DNA of 64,000 bases from an uncultured Gemmatimonadales bacterium (lineage in GTDB: Bacteria > Actinomycetota > Acidimicrobiia > Spongiisociales > UBA5794). Where the stretch lies: assembly GCA_964195945.1 (NCBI GenBank), contig CAXMRC010000201.1:12652-76651 (forward strand), in the 5' to 3' direction. Shown here in pieces: positions 30,341-40,787 of the stretch. Every line of letters starts with the position of its first letter. Within the stretch, counting starts at the first letter, position 1. Both the position numbers and the translations under genes were made by a program. The notes beneath the pieces were generated by a model. The model was not told where the DNA came from. It worked only from the letters and a program-made list of their open reading frames with translations, and ran no database searches.

Positions 30341-30377
30341 CATATCCAGACCAAGCCACGCGGCCCAGGAGACCGAG

Positions 30378-32096
30378 ATGAGCGAAACGCTTACCGGAGC
30401 ACAAGCACTAATAAGAGCCCTCGAACACGAGGGAGTAGACGTGATTTTTGGCATGCCCGGCGGAGCAATCCTCCCCGCATACGATCCGCTCTACGACAGC
30501 CCCATCCGACACGTCCTGGTACGCCACGAACAAGGCGCCGGGCATATGGCATCGGGGTACGCACACGCGACGGGCCGGGTCGGCGTTTGCCTGGTCACCT
30601 CGGGTCCGGCTGCTACCAACCTGATCACCCCACTTCAGGATGCCTATATGGATTCGATACCAGTGGTTGCCGTCACGGGGCAGGTAGCACAGACATCCAT
30701 CGGCATGGACGCATTCCAGGAGGCCCACACTTGGGGTATCTCAATGCCGGTGACCAAGCACAACTACTTGATCACCAACGTCGACGAGATCCCAGACGTC
30801 ATCCGTGAGGCATTCCACCTCGCTGCGACCGGCCGGCCGGGACCAGTGTTGGTTGACGTCCCCAAGGACATCCTCAATGACACGATGGCCTGGCATCGAC
30901 CAGGCGAGATCAATCTGCCGGGATACAAGCCGAGCGTCAAAGGCCATCCGAGGCAAGTCCAAGCTGCCATCGACATGATCCACGCCGCAGAGCGTCCCGT
31001 GCTGTACGCCGGCGGCGGCATTATCCGTGCCAACGCTGCGGAGCGGCTGCGTCGCTTCGCCGAGCTGAGCAATCTTCCAACAGTGACCACGCTGATGGCA
31101 CGAGGCGCCATACCGGATTCGCACGAACTGGCGCTGGGTATGCCAGGGATGCACGGCAACTACACCGCCATCACCGCGATGCAGAAGGCCGATCTCCTCG
31201 TCGCGATTGGAGCCAGATTCGACGACCGGGTGACTGGAAAGGTCGAGGCGTTCGCCCCCGATGCCAAGGTCATCCACGTCGATGTTGATCCTGCCGAAAT
31301 CGGCAAGGTGCGTAACGCCGAGATCCCGATCGTCGGCGATGCCGACGCCGTTCTCGAGCAGCTGATATTTGGAATGGAGCACTTCCTTGGATCCAAGCCC
31401 GCACCGGCTCGCACCGCATGGCTCGAAACCTTGGCACAGTGGCAGCAGGAGCACCCGCTTACGTACGAACAGGATCCCGAAGGGCCGATTCAACAACAGT
31501 ACGTAATCCAGGAAATGCACCGGATCACCGGCGGAGACGCCATCGTCGTCGCCGGCGTCGGTCAGCACCAGATGTGGGCATCGCAGTATTGGGGATTCGA
31601 AAAGCCGCGCACCTGGATCAACTCCGGAGGCCTCGGCACCATGGGCTACGCCATCCCTGCCGCGATTGGGGCCAAGGCGGGAGTGCCGGATGAACTGGTC
31701 ATCGCTTTCGACGGTGACGGGTGTTTCCAGATGACAATGCAAGAACTCGTCACCGCCAGCGTCGAGAAGATCCCTGTCAAGATCATGGTCTTGAATAACT
31801 CGTGGCTCGGCATGGTCAAGCAGTGGCAAAAGCTGTTCTACAACGAGCGATACAGCGCGACAGATCTAACCAACCACACTCCCGATTTTGTCGGGCTGGC
31901 TGAAGCCATGGGTTGCGCAGGTCTCCGTGCCGAACGACCTGAAGAAGTAGGTCCGGCTATCGAGAAAGCGCTAGCCATCAATGACCGGCCGGTTGTGGTG
32001 GAGTTCAAATGCGACCCCGACGCCATGGTGTTCCCCATGGTTCCTGCCGGTGGCTCGAATGACGATGTGGCCCTGAGCGTGGAGGACTTGGCGTGA
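30378..32096 (+). CDS. ilvB: Acetolactate synthase large subunit
   Basis: TPP and FAD enzyme motifs, including the GDG-x24-NN TPP motif ([14 protein letters not shown]...NNS). RBS AGGAG. Confidence 0.95.
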   Translation: MSETLTGAQALIRALEHEGVDVIFGMPGGAILPAYDPLYDSPIRHVLVRHEQGAGHMASGYAHATGRVGVCLVTSGPAATNLITPLQDAYMDSIPVVAVTGQVAQTSIGMDAFQEAHTWGISMPVTKHNYLITNVDEIPDVIREAFHLAATGRPGPVLVDVPKDILNDTMAWHRPGEINLPGYKPSVKGHPRQVQAAIDMIHAAERPVLYAGGGIIRANAAERLRRFAELSNLPTVTTLMARGAIPDSHELALGMPGMHGNYTAITAMQKADLLVAIGARFDDRVTGKVEAFAPDAKVIHVDVDPAEIGKVRNAEIPIVGDADAVLEQLIFGMEHFLGSKPAPARTAWLETLAQWQQEHPLTYEQDPEGPIQQQYVIQEMHRITGGDAIVVAGVGQHQMWASQYWGFEKPRTWINSGGLGTMGYAIPAAIGAKAGVPDELVIAFDGDGCFQMTMQELVTASVEKIPVKIMVLNNSWLGMVKQWQKLFYNERYSATDLTNHTPDFVGLAEAMGCAGLRAERPEEVGPAIEKALAINDRPVVVEFKCDPDAMVFPMVPAGGSNDDVALSVEDLA

Positions 32097-32623
32097 GTAG
32101 ACCTAACAACATCACACAGCACGTGATCACGGTCTTGGTCGAAGACAAACCTGGTGTCCTGGCCCGTGTCTCTTCGATGTTTGCCCGCCGTGGATTCAAC
32201 ATCCATTCGCTCGCAGTCGGCCCAACCGCCGATGCGACCCTGTCTCGCATGACCGTCGTCGCCGACGGCCCCGAGATGGAGCAGATCATCAAACAGCTGT
32301 ACAAACTCGTGAACACCGTCAAGGTCACCGAGCATGCTCCTGGGGAGGCAGTCGAGCGCGAGATCATGCTGGTTCGGATAAACGCCGACTCGAAACGGCG
32401 TGGCGAAATCCTCGACGCGGCAGGGATCTTCGATGCCCGCGCCGTTGACGTCGGCAAAAACACAATCACGTTCGAGCTATCAGGCGAGCCCGATCGTCTC
32501 AGCGACTTCTTGGAACTGATGCGTCCGTATGGCATTGTCGACCTAGTCAAATCCGGCCGGATCGCCCTGGCTCGTGACCCCAAGAGCAAAAACGGACAGC
32601 AGCGCGAGCTGCGCTCCGCCTAA
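32093..32623 (+). CDS. ilvN: Acetolactate synthase small (regulatory) subunit
   Basis: ACT domain [34 protein letters not shown]. The GTGA overlap with ilvB indicates coupling. Confidence 0.9.
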   Translation: MSRPNNITQHVITVLVEDKPGVLARVSSMFARRGFNIHSLAVGPTADATLSRMTVVADGPEMEQIIKQLYKLVNTVKVTEHAPGEAVEREIMLVRINADSKRRGEILDAAGIFDARAVDVGKNTITFELSGEPDRLSDFLELMRPYGIVDLVKSGRIALARDPKSKNGQQRELRSA

Positions 32624-32649
32624 CCACGCCAACCGAGAGGACAAACGAG

Positions 32650-33666
32650 ATGAGTGCGACGATGTATTACGAGGCCGACGCCAACCCGGGCCTCGTGGCC
32701 CAGCGCAAGGTCGCCGTGCTCGGATTTGGCAGCCAAGGCCATGCTCACGCGCTGAATCTCAAGGAATCGGGCGTTGATGTTGTCGTTGGTCTGCGCCCCG
32801 GTTCACGCCGCGAGGCCACCGCATCCGATGCCGGGCTCAAAGTGGTCACGCCCGTTGTGGCCGCCGAGTGGGCTGATCTGATCATGATGCTGGTCCCAGA
32901 TCAGTTCCAGCAGTCGCTCTATGCCGAGGCGATCGCCCCCAACCTCAACAATGGGGATGCGCTGTTCTTTGCACATGGCTTCAACATTCACTACGGGTAT
33001 GTGGAGCCACCACAGACCATCGACGTCGCGATGGTGGCGCCCAAGGGCCCAGGCCACCTGGTGCGCAGACAGTATCAAGCGGGCAGCGGCGTGCCGGCGC
33101 TGGTAGCCGTCCACCAAGATGCCACCGGTGGGGCCAAGGATCTCGCACTCTCCTACGCACACGGCATCGGGGCCACCCGTGCTGGCGTCATCGAAACCAC
33201 TTTCAAGGCAGAGACCGAGACGGACCTCTTCGGAGAGCAGGTCATCCTTTGTGGTGGCGTCGACGAGCTGATTCGGGCGGCATTCGAAACGCTGACCGAA
33301 GCCGGCTACGAACCCGAAATGGCCTACTTCGAGGTGCTCCACGAGCTCAAGCTGATTGTTGACCTCTTGTTCGAGGGTGGCTTGTCATGGATGCGCTACT
33401 CGGTTTCAGACACCGCGGAGTACGGGGACGTTTCCAGGGGTCCCCGCATTGTCACCGAACAGACTCGCGCCGCCATGAAGGAGATCCTCGGCGAGGTTCA
33501 GTCCGGCGCATTCGCCAAAGAGTGGATGGCTGAGGTCGCCGCCGGCACCCCCAACCTGCTGGCAGCACGCCGCGCCCTCGCTGATCACGATATCGAGAAG
33601 GTCGGTCGCGGTCTCCGTGACATGATGCCCTTCCTCGTCGCCAAGACGCCGGAAGATGACCAGTAA
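32650..33666 (+). CDS. ilvC: Ketol-acid reductoisomerase
   Basis: [21 protein letters not shown] Rossmann motif and C-terminal KARI domain. Confidence 0.95.
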   Translation: MSATMYYEADANPGLVAQRKVAVLGFGSQGHAHALNLKESGVDVVVGLRPGSRREATASDAGLKVVTPVVAAEWADLIMMLVPDQFQQSLYAEAIAPNLNNGDALFFAHGFNIHYGYVEPPQTIDVAMVAPKGPGHLVRRQYQAGSGVPALVAVHQDATGGAKDLALSYAHGIGATRAGVIETTFKAETETDLFGEQVILCGGVDELIRAAFETLTEAGYEPEMAYFEVLHELKLIVDLLFEGGLSWMRYSVSDTAEYGDVSRGPRIVTEQTRAAMKEILGEVQSGAFAKEWMAEVAAGTPNLLAARRALADHDIEKVGRGLRDMMPFLVAKTPEDDQ

Positions 33667-33783
33667 TGGCGTCCCCACAGCTCCGCTGCAGAGACGATTT
33701 GGAGCTTAGGTAGCCGGGCATCCGCATTGCGGTTGACCCGGCCCTCAACAAGCTGAATCACCGCATCAAGGAGCCCAAGAATC

Positions 33784-35334
33784 ATGGCACCAACCCTGTC
33801 CGACAAACTGATAATTCTCGACACCACCCTGCGTGACGGCGAGCAAGCACCGGGGATCGCACTGTCACCCGATGACAAGGTAGCGATCGCCCACCAGCTC
33901 GCCCGTCTCCAGGTAGACGTAATCGAGGCCGGTTTCGCCGCATCATCCCGCGGCGATCACGAGGCTGTGTCTCGCATTGCCCGTGACGTCAGGGGACCAG
34001 TAATCGCCAGCCTGGCCCGCACCCATCCCGACGATATCGACAGCGCCGCCGACGCTCTCAAAGCCGCGGACAAGAAACGAATCCATGTGTTCATCTCTAC
34101 GTCGCAGATCCATCGCGAGCAGATGCTGCGGATGTCAGAAGACGATGTCCTCAAGGCGATCACCGAGTCCGTCACCAGAGCGAAACGCTATTGCGACGAC
34201 ATCGAGTTCTCGCCTCAGGACGCAACTCGGACCCATCCCGACTTTGTTGTGGAAAGCTGCCGCCGAGCGGTTGCGGCGGGAGCTACGACGATCAACATCC
34301 CCGACACGGTCGGCTACGCAGTGCCTTCGGACTTCGTAGCGCTGATGCAGCGGGTGTATGACGACGTACGCGGTGGCAACGACGACGTCATCGTCTCCAC
34401 CCATTGTCACAACGACCTCGGCCTCGCGGTGGCCAACTCGCTTTCTGCAATTCACGCTGGAGCCCGCCAGATAGAGGGCGCCATCAACGGTCTCGGCGAG
34501 CGGGCCGGCAATACGTCGACCGAAGAAATCATCATGGCCGTCAAGACCAGGGAGGACTACTTCGGAGTCGAGATCGGAGCCGACACGACTCAGATTTTCG
34601 AGACGTCGCGTCTGGTCTCGCGCCTGACCGGGTATCCGATCCAATACAACAAGGCGATCGTCGGTCGGAATGCTTTTGCCCACGAGTCAGGCATTCATCA
34701 GCATGGCGTACTGCGGGATCGAGAGACATACGAGATCATGGATCCGGCATCGGTCGGACAGATATCCAAGATCGTGCTCGGGAAACACTCCGGCCGCGCC
34801 GCTTTCGCGGATGCGCTCGCAAACATGAGCATCTCCCTCGAAGACGACGACTTCAAAGCCGCTTTTGATCGCTTCAAGGAACTTGCTGATCGGAAGGGCG
34901 AGATCTCTGAGGAGGGCATCAGAGCCATCGTCACAGAGAGGACCGGTGTTGCGCTGGACCCGATCGAACTGGTCGGCATCCACTTCTCTGGTGGCAACCG
35001 TGAGGTACCGGTTGCCAAGGTCACCATTCGTCGCAACGGCGACCTGGTCGAGGTGAGCGCGGATGGCGATGGCATGGTCAACGCCGCCTTCGGAGCGTTG
35101 CGCAACGTATTCGGGATTCCCGCCGTTTTGCTCGACTACCGGGTCAGCCCTCTTACGTCGGGGGCAGACGCCATGGCCGAGGTCAACGTGATTGTCCAGG
35201 TCGGACCAGAGACATTCTCGGGACGGGGAGTCTCAACAGATGTCGTCGAAGGGTCCGCCCGGGCCTTCACCGCGGCGCTCAACAAGGCCGCCATCGACGC
35301 GTCGGCCATTGCTACCAATGAAGGAACCGACTGA
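33784..35334 (+). CDS. leuA: 2-isopropylmalate synthase / (R)-citramalate synthase family (short LeuA/CimA type with LeuA_dimer domain)
   Basis: LRDGEQ, HCHNDLGLAVANS and HESGIHQ motifs of DRE-TIM aldolases, plus a C-terminal regulatory domain. LeuA versus CimA cannot be resolved from sequence alone. Confidence 0.8.
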   Translation: MAPTLSDKLIILDTTLRDGEQAPGIALSPDDKVAIAHQLARLQVDVIEAGFAASSRGDHEAVSRIARDVRGPVIASLARTHPDDIDSAADALKAADKKRIHVFISTSQIHREQMLRMSEDDVLKAITESVTRAKRYCDDIEFSPQDATRTHPDFVVESCRRAVAAGATTINIPDTVGYAVPSDFVALMQRVYDDVRGGNDDVIVSTHCHNDLGLAVANSLSAIHAGARQIEGAINGLGERAGNTSTEEIIMAVKTREDYFGVEIGADTTQIFETSRLVSRLTGYPIQYNKAIVGRNAFAHESGIHQHGVLRDRETYEIMDPASVGQISKIVLGKHSGRAAFADALANMSISLEDDDFKAAFDRFKELADRKGEISEEGIRAIVTERTGVALDPIELVGIHFSGGNREVPVAKVTIRRNGDLVEVSADGDGMVNAAFGALRNVFGIPAVLLDYRVSPLTSGADAMAEVNVIVQVGPETFSGRGVSTDVVEGSARAFTAALNKAAIDASAIATNEGTD

Positions 35335-36408
35335 GTGAAAGCTTCATTTGCACTGCTGCCCGGAGATGGAATCGGACCAGAGGTCACCACCGCGGCCCAC
35401 AAGGTCCTGATCGCAACGGGCAACCGATTCGGACACAAGTTCGAGTTTGAGTCTCGACCTATGGGCGGCAACGCAATCGATGACTATGGCGATCCGCTCC
35501 CCCAGGCGACGCTCGATGCGTGTCGGACGGCCGATGCCGTGATCCTCGGAGCCGTCGGCGGACCGCAGTGGGACGACCCGAGCGCCAAGACGCGACCGGA
35601 AGCCGGTCTGTTGAGTTTGCGCAAAGAACTCGGTCTTTTTGCCAACCTGCGTCCGATAACCGCCCACACCCAGTTGCTCGATGCGTCACCACTGCGGAGG
35701 GAGTTGATAGAAGGTGTTGACATTCTGTTCCTACGCGAGTTGACCGGCGGCATCTACTTCGGCCGTTCCTCACTGAGCGAGGACGGCCTCCGTGCAGAGA
35801 GCGTGATGGAGTACACCGTCGGGGAAGTTGAGCGGATTGTGCGTATGGCTGCCGTCGCGGCCCAGGGACGCAGCGGGAGACTCACCTCAGTCGACAAAGC
35901 GAACGTTCTCGAAGTTTCCCGGTTGTGGCGCCGGGTTGCGGCCCGGGTCATGGAGGAGGAATTCCCCGACGTGACATACGACGTTGTACTCGTAGATGCC
36001 ATGGCCATGCATCTCATCTCTCGACCCCGAGACTTTGATGTGGTTGTCACCGGCAACCTGTTCGGCGACATCCTGACCGACGAAGGTTCGATGCTCCCGG
36101 GATCGCTCGGCATGCTGCCATCGGCGTCTCTGGGCGACAATCAGCCTGGTCTCTATGAACCGATCCACGGCTCTGCCCCTGACATTGCCGGACAAGACTT
36201 GGCCAATCCGCTCGGAACGATCCTGGCGGCAGCAATGGCGCTGCGCCATTCACTCGGACTCGAGACCGAGGCCGTAGCTATCGAAGATGCTGTTGAAACG
36301 GTGCTCGAATCGGGTCTCCGCACCAAGGACATCGCAGCCGGCGGCGACTTTGTCGGAACACGTGCGATGAGCGACGCCGTCGTCGCAGTCGTGGCAACGG
36401 TCGCCTAA
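35335..36408 (+). CDS. leuB: 3-isopropylmalate dehydrogenase
   Basis: [11 protein letters not shown]..., [25 protein letters not shown] signature. Confidence 0.9.
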   Translation: MKASFALLPGDGIGPEVTTAAHKVLIATGNRFGHKFEFESRPMGGNAIDDYGDPLPQATLDACRTADAVILGAVGGPQWDDPSAKTRPEAGLLSLRKELGLFANLRPITAHTQLLDASPLRRELIEGVDILFLRELTGGIYFGRSSLSEDGLRAESVMEYTVGEVERIVRMAAVAAQGRSGRLTSVDKANVLEVSRLWRRVAARVMEEEFPDVTYDVVLVDAMAMHLISRPRDFDVVVTGNLFGDILTDEGSMLPGSLGMLPSASLGDNQPGLYEPIHGSAPDIAGQDLANPLGTILAAAMALRHSLGLETEAVAIEDAVETVLESGLRTKDIAAGGDFVGTRAMSDAVVAVVATVA

Positions 36409-36431
36409 ACGACGCCGGGACTTATCCTGAC

Positions 36432-37940
36432 TTGATGATTCGCAAGAAAACAGCCGTCGCCATCGCCTTCGGACTAGCGCTGGCTGCCTGCAATTCCGTG
36501 TCGGAGACCGCCACATTCGATTCGACTACGACAACGACGCTGCAATCTGGATCGACAGCGGCCGCGGCACCCGTCACAACATCGACGGCAACCGTTACGC
36601 AACCACCCGCGGCTATCGACGATCTACTCGGAGTCGGCGATAGCCGTTACCCAGGGCTTGGCAATGGTGGCTACGACGTTGTCCACTACACCATTGACCT
36701 CACTTTCGATCCTGAGCCGAACACCGTCAATGCGCGAGTGGAGATTGAGTCCACAGCAACAGAAACTCTCAACGCCTTCAGCCTCGACTTCATCGGGTTC
36801 GAAGTTACCGAGATCACCATTGACGGCATGACCGCATCCTTTGCTAGAGAAGATGGTGAACTCATTGTCCAGCCGGCCGAGATCATCGCTCGGGGCCAAC
36901 AATTCCAGACCACTATCAGCTACTCAGGGACCCCCACTCCGATCCGCTCCCAGGCTCTTCCGTTCGACGTGGGCTGGCGGACGGACCCATCAGGCATCGC
37001 TTACGTGATTGGTGAGCCCGACGGCGGACGTTCGTGGCTACCGCTGAACGACCACCCAAGCGACAAAGCAACCTACACGTTCATGATCACGGTTCCGGAC
37101 CCGTTGGTCGCGGCCGCCAACGGCACGCTCGTCGAGCGCATCACCGATCTTGGATGGGCCACCTGGGTGTGGGACTCAGCGGAGCCGATGGCCTCCTACC
37201 TCGCGACGGTCGTAATCGGAGATCTCGAGATCGTCGAGGATCCCGCGTCATCGGCCATCTCCGGAGTTGCGGTGCGCAACGTCTTGCCAGACGATCTCAG
37301 CGCCGGGTCACTCTCTGTCCTCTCCACCCAGGGAGAAATGATCAGCTTCTTCGAGAGTATCTTCGGGCCCTACCCGTTCGCGGCATACGGAATCGCGGTC
37401 GTCGATGGCTTCGAAGCCGCACTCGAGAATCAGACTCTCTCGATCTTCGGAAGGGACATGGTCGACTTCCCCCGATTCTTCGAGACGGTCTTGGTCCACG
37501 AACTCGCCCACCAGTGGTTTGGCAACAGCATCACTCCCAACGATTGGGGCGACATCTGGCTAAACGAAGGTTTCGCCACGTATGCGGAGTGGCTCTGGGT
37601 TGAACATACCGCCGGCGAGGCGGCCATGGCCGCAACCATCAGCGGCGAACGCAACCGGATGGCGTTGGCTTCATTCCTCGATGCCCCCGGCAATCCACCG
37701 GCGAACGACCTTTTCAATTCGAGCGTGTACATCCGCGGAGGTCTCGTTCTGCATGCTCTCCGCACCGCAGTCGGGGACGACGCGTTCTTTGAGATTCTCC
37801 TGGCCTACACAGATGCATACCGTGGCGGTGTCGTCGCTACGGCCGACTTCATCGAGATCGCGGAATCGGTATCAGGCCACGATCTTGGCGACCTGTTTGA
37901 TACTTGGCTCTACGGAGCAGAAGTGCCGGAATTGCCCTAG
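36432..37940 (+). CDS. M1-family zinc aminopeptidase-like lipoprotein
   Basis: Lipobox LALAAC. HELAHQWFGN zinc motif. NEGFATY. GAMEN-like region AVVDGFEAALEN. Confidence 0.8.
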   Translation: MMIRKKTAVAIAFGLALAACNSVSETATFDSTTTTTLQSGSTAAAAPVTTSTATVTQPPAAIDDLLGVGDSRYPGLGNGGYDVVHYTIDLTFDPEPNTVNARVEIESTATETLNAFSLDFIGFEVTEITIDGMTASFAREDGELIVQPAEIIARGQQFQTTISYSGTPTPIRSQALPFDVGWRTDPSGIAYVIGEPDGGRSWLPLNDHPSDKATYTFMITVPDPLVAAANGTLVERITDLGWATWVWDSAEPMASYLATVVIGDLEIVEDPASSAISGVAVRNVLPDDLSAGSLSVLSTQGEMISFFESIFGPYPFAAYGIAVVDGFEAALENQTLSIFGRDMVDFPRFFETVLVHELAHQWFGNSITPNDWGDIWLNEGFATYAEWLWVEHTAGEAAMAATISGERNRMALASFLDAPGNPPANDLFNSSVYIRGGLVLHALRTAVGDDAFFEILLAYTDAYRGGVVATADFIEIAESVSGHDLGDLFDTWLYGAEVPELP

Positions 37941-38012
37941 GCGGACCCGAACTGGACAGAGACAGCAAATCTAGCTGTACTCTGTGACCCTGCACCCTGG
38001 AAGAAGGAACCC

Positions 38013-38912
38013 GTGCGCACACCTCCCCATTTTATGTCCGCATTGATTACACCGTTCGACGACGACGGCGACATCATCGCTGAGGCCCACCTCCACAATC
38101 TGCAACTGCAGGCCTCTCGCGGTGTGTCGGGGTTCGTCCTGAGTGGATCAACCGGTGAGGGTCCCTATCTCGAAGACGGTGAGAGGTCCGCACTGATCAG
38201 CCAGGCCCGCAGCGGTTTAGGATCTGAGCCGTTCCTCATGTGCGGGGTTCAAGCGCAATCGGTACGTCAAGCTATCGCCCAGGTCGATGAGATAGCGTCA
38301 GCAGGCGCCGACGCTGCCCTGGTCACGACGCCTACTTCGCTGGCCAGGGGCAATCACGACGCCATCCAACGATTCTTCGAATCGCTAGCCGAAGCTACAC
38401 CACTGCCTCTGTTTCTCTACTCAGTGCCCTCGGTCACCGGATACAACCTGCCGGCCGAGTACGCCGCCACGCTCTCTGCACACCCCAACATTGTTGGCAT
38501 GAAAGACAGCGGCGGACGACCTCTACATACCAAGCAGGTAGTTCAGTCGACTCCGGACGATTTTCTGGTTTACTCCGGCTCCAGCAGCACGTTGACTCAG
38601 GCGATGGCAGCGGGTGCGGTCGGTGCAATCACCGCTTCGAGCAACTACCTACCGGAGCTCATCTCTGCATTGGTCATGACCGCACGGACTTCGGTCTCGG
38701 AGGCGGAACCGATGCAAGCGCGGCTGTCTGCGGCGACCCGCGAGATCGAGGCTTTCGGTGTTGTCGGTACTAAAGCTGCAGCCGGCGCCGCCGGTCTTTG
38801 GACCGGGATTCCACGCAAGCCGTTGCAGCCGATCCCCCGCACCGAGTTGGCTCGAATCAATCAGATTGTGGTGGCAGCCCGCGACTCCGCGGACCAGCTC
38901 GTCGCCGGCTAG
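38013..38912 (+). CDS. Dihydrodipicolinate synthase/N-acetylneuraminate lyase family class I aldolase
   Basis: TPF...G..G....GSTGEG near the N-terminus. Schiff-base lysine in MKDSGG. About 300 aa. Confidence 0.75.
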   Translation: MRTPPHFMSALITPFDDDGDIIAEAHLHNLQLQASRGVSGFVLSGSTGEGPYLEDGERSALISQARSGLGSEPFLMCGVQAQSVRQAIAQVDEIASAGADAALVTTPTSLARGNHDAIQRFFESLAEATPLPLFLYSVPSVTGYNLPAEYAATLSAHPNIVGMKDSGGRPLHTKQVVQSTPDDFLVYSGSSSTLTQAMAAGAVGAITASSNYLPELISALVMTARTSVSEAEPMQARLSAATREIEAFGVVGTKAAAGAAGLWTGIPRKPLQPIPRTELARINQIVVAARDSADQLVAG

Positions 38913-38922
38913 CTGGCCATCT

Positions 38923-39624
38923 CTAGCGTTCATCGACCTCAATCGCACCAGCGATGAAATCAAGATTCGGCACGTCAACGTATCGACCTTCGCCGACCTC
39001 AATCCGAGTCGACGCCAGACCTATCTCAGCGATTGGTCCTTCGGCATCGCCAATCCTGACCTTGGTGCCGGGGCTGTAGCGATTGGCAACGTGACGGCCG
39101 GCCGCAACCTGGCGGGCCAACGGCACGGAACCGAGGCCAGCACCAAGTGCGAGAGCAAGCGCACCACCAAACGCGATGGCCGCGACAAGGATCAGAATGA
39201 TGTCCGTGGAAACCCCGACCTGCTGCAGCGCGATGATCACACCTACGCCGAGTATTGCGCTGGACAGGATCAGGCGCGCCCGACCGGCAAGACCCGCAGA
39301 CACGGGGCGCAACGCGGTTTCGGCAAATAACCCGACGATCCGGCCAAGGGCCCTGGCCACAATGACGACAACTATGGCGATCATGACCTTGGGGACCGAA
39401 CCGATAACGGATGACGACAATCTGTCCGCCTGCTCCGGGTCGACAATGACCAGCGCCCCGATGACCGCAATCGCTGTCATCAACACCGGTACCAACTGAC
39501 CGACCATTTCGGACAGCCGTCCCCCTAATCGGCGCGCGACGAGACGCCCGACTACCCAGATAAGCGCGATCAGACCAACCACAACGGCAAGTGCGACCAG
39601 GCGTCGTTCCAGTTCAGGGTCCAT
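38923..39624 (-). CDS. Small-conductance mechanosensitive channel (MscS) family protein
   Basis: Four N-terminal TM helices. C-terminal MscS beta-domain VRIGDAEGPIAEIGLASTRIEVGEGRYVDVPN. Confidence 0.7.
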   Translation of the reverse strand: MDPELERRLVALAVVVGLIALIWVVGRLVARRLGGRLSEMVGQLVPVLMTAIAVIGALVIVDPEQADRLSSSVIGSVPKVMIAIVVVIVARALGRIVGLFAETALRPVSAGLAGRARLILSSAILGVGVIIALQQVGVSTDIILILVAAIAFGGALALALGAGLGSVPLARQVAAGRHVANRYSPGTKVRIGDAEGPIAEIGLASTRIEVGEGRYVDVPNLDFIAGAIEVDER

Positions 39625-39626
39625 GT

Positions 39627-39977
39627 CTACTCCTCGTCATCCTCGCTAGAGGAAGAGCTAGTGGTGTCTGCCTCGCCGCCAGTAGTCGCGGTACCGCGCA
39701 GCCCTCGTTCCGTACCCGGTCCATATTCGAGAACGGCTCGACCCATGGCACCCGCAACATCCATAGTCAACTGGCCGATCTCACGAAGAAACTCATCGAA
39801 CCGGATCTGCTTGAGAACCGGGGTGGCCAGGTCGGTCTGTAGCTCGCCGATCCAGACCTCCGCCAGGAACTCCTGACAATCGTCACAAGTGACGACATGC
39901 CCCTCGAGATCAGGTTCGATGCCATCAACAAAGGCGAACAGACGGTCGTCGGAGGTACGGCAGTCTCTCATCTCCAA
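39627..39977 (-). CDS. Anti-sigma factor, ZAS (zinc-containing anti-sigma, RsrA/RshA-like) family
   Basis: HxxxCxxC motif (HVVTCDDC) plus upstream Cys6. Cytoplasmic, 116 aa. Overlaps the sigma-factor gene by 10 nt. Confidence 0.6.
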   Translation of the reverse strand: MEMRDCRTSDDRLFAFVDGIEPDLEGHVVTCDDCQEFLAEVWIGELQTDLATPVLKQIRFDEFLREIGQLTMDVAGAMGRAVLEYGPGTERGLRGTATTGGEADTTSSSSSEDDEE

Positions 39978-40525
39978 GCCTCCATTCGATCTCGCAGCGA
40001 GCGGCGTGCCCGCAAGATCCGAGTCCGAACAGTGTTGATCGGGAGATCCAACACATCTGCAATAGCCTGGTAGCTGAGGCCGTCGTATTCACGTAGAACC
40101 AGCGGCTGCTTCAGTTTTGGCGGAAGCGCTGAGATCGCGCTTTCGAGTTCGCGGCGCAGCGCGAGATTCTCGGCATCGTCCGCAGGATCGAGTCGGGCGG
40201 GGCGATCGGGAACGGCATCGGTCGGGTACTCGCGACGGCGTTGTACCGCATTGAGCGCAAGGTTGGTGGCGATCCGATAGAGCCAGGACCTCACTTGAGC
40301 CTGGCCGCGAAAACCTGGCAGCGCACGATGCGCCCTCACAAATGCCTCCTGTGTGAGATCCTCGGCCATGACCGGGTTCCTGACGATCCGCAGCGCTGCG
40401 CCGTATACGAAGTCCTGGTGTCGACGCACCAACTCACCGAATGCGTCCAAATCGGTGAGCGATGCCTCGACCAACTCCATGTCGGAGAGCGCCGCATGTG
40501 TGCTGTGTTGTCCAGTTAGACCCAT
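39968..40525 (-). CDS. ECF (sigma-70 family) RNA polymerase sigma factor, SigH/SigR-like
   Basis: Region 2 (DLTQEAFVRAHRAL...SWLYRIATN) and region 4 (LREYDGLSYQAIADVLDLPINTVRTRILRAR). An alternative start at 40480 (MELVEASL) is possible. Confidence 0.85.
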   Translation of the reverse strand: MGLTGQHSTHAALSDMELVEASLTDLDAFGELVRRHQDFVYGAALRIVRNPVMAEDLTQEAFVRAHRALPGFRGQAQVRSWLYRIATNLALNAVQRRREYPTDAVPDRPARLDPADDAENLALRRELESAISALPPKLKQPLVLREYDGLSYQAIADVLDLPINTVRTRILRARRSLRDRMEAWR

Positions 40526-40787
40526 TACCCCACCCGAGGTTCCGTCTGAATCTAACTGGTTGCCGGTTTGGTGACTACCAAAGGCAACTCGTCTGGTTCA
40601 GGAGAGAAGACCAAGAACTTCACCAGGGACCGTGGGCCAAAGCGATAGTCAGATGGGCAGAAGCCAGGCTTCGGTTCCGCTGATCAAGGTGGCTGCAAGG
40701 GGATCCTCTGTCAGATCCCCTCACGGGTCTTCCTTGCGGTCACCGCCAAATAGCCTCTACTGCCCCAATCAGTTACCGTCTCCGATC

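Noticed and set aside
33666-33783. Possible leuA leader peptide ([15 protein letters not shown]) and GC stem (GCCGGG...CCCGGC) between ilvC and leuA
   Set aside because: The peptide has only 3 Leu in 15 residues. The stem has an 18-nt loop and no U-tract. It is not convincing as an attenuator.
40516-40543. GGAAC-N17-GTCTAA ECF-type autoregulatory promoter upstream of the sigma-factor gene
   Set aside because: The motif overlaps the ATG at 40525 and a GGTGGGG RBS-like sequence. It is only valid if the real start is 40480, which lacks an RBS. Too ambiguous to call.
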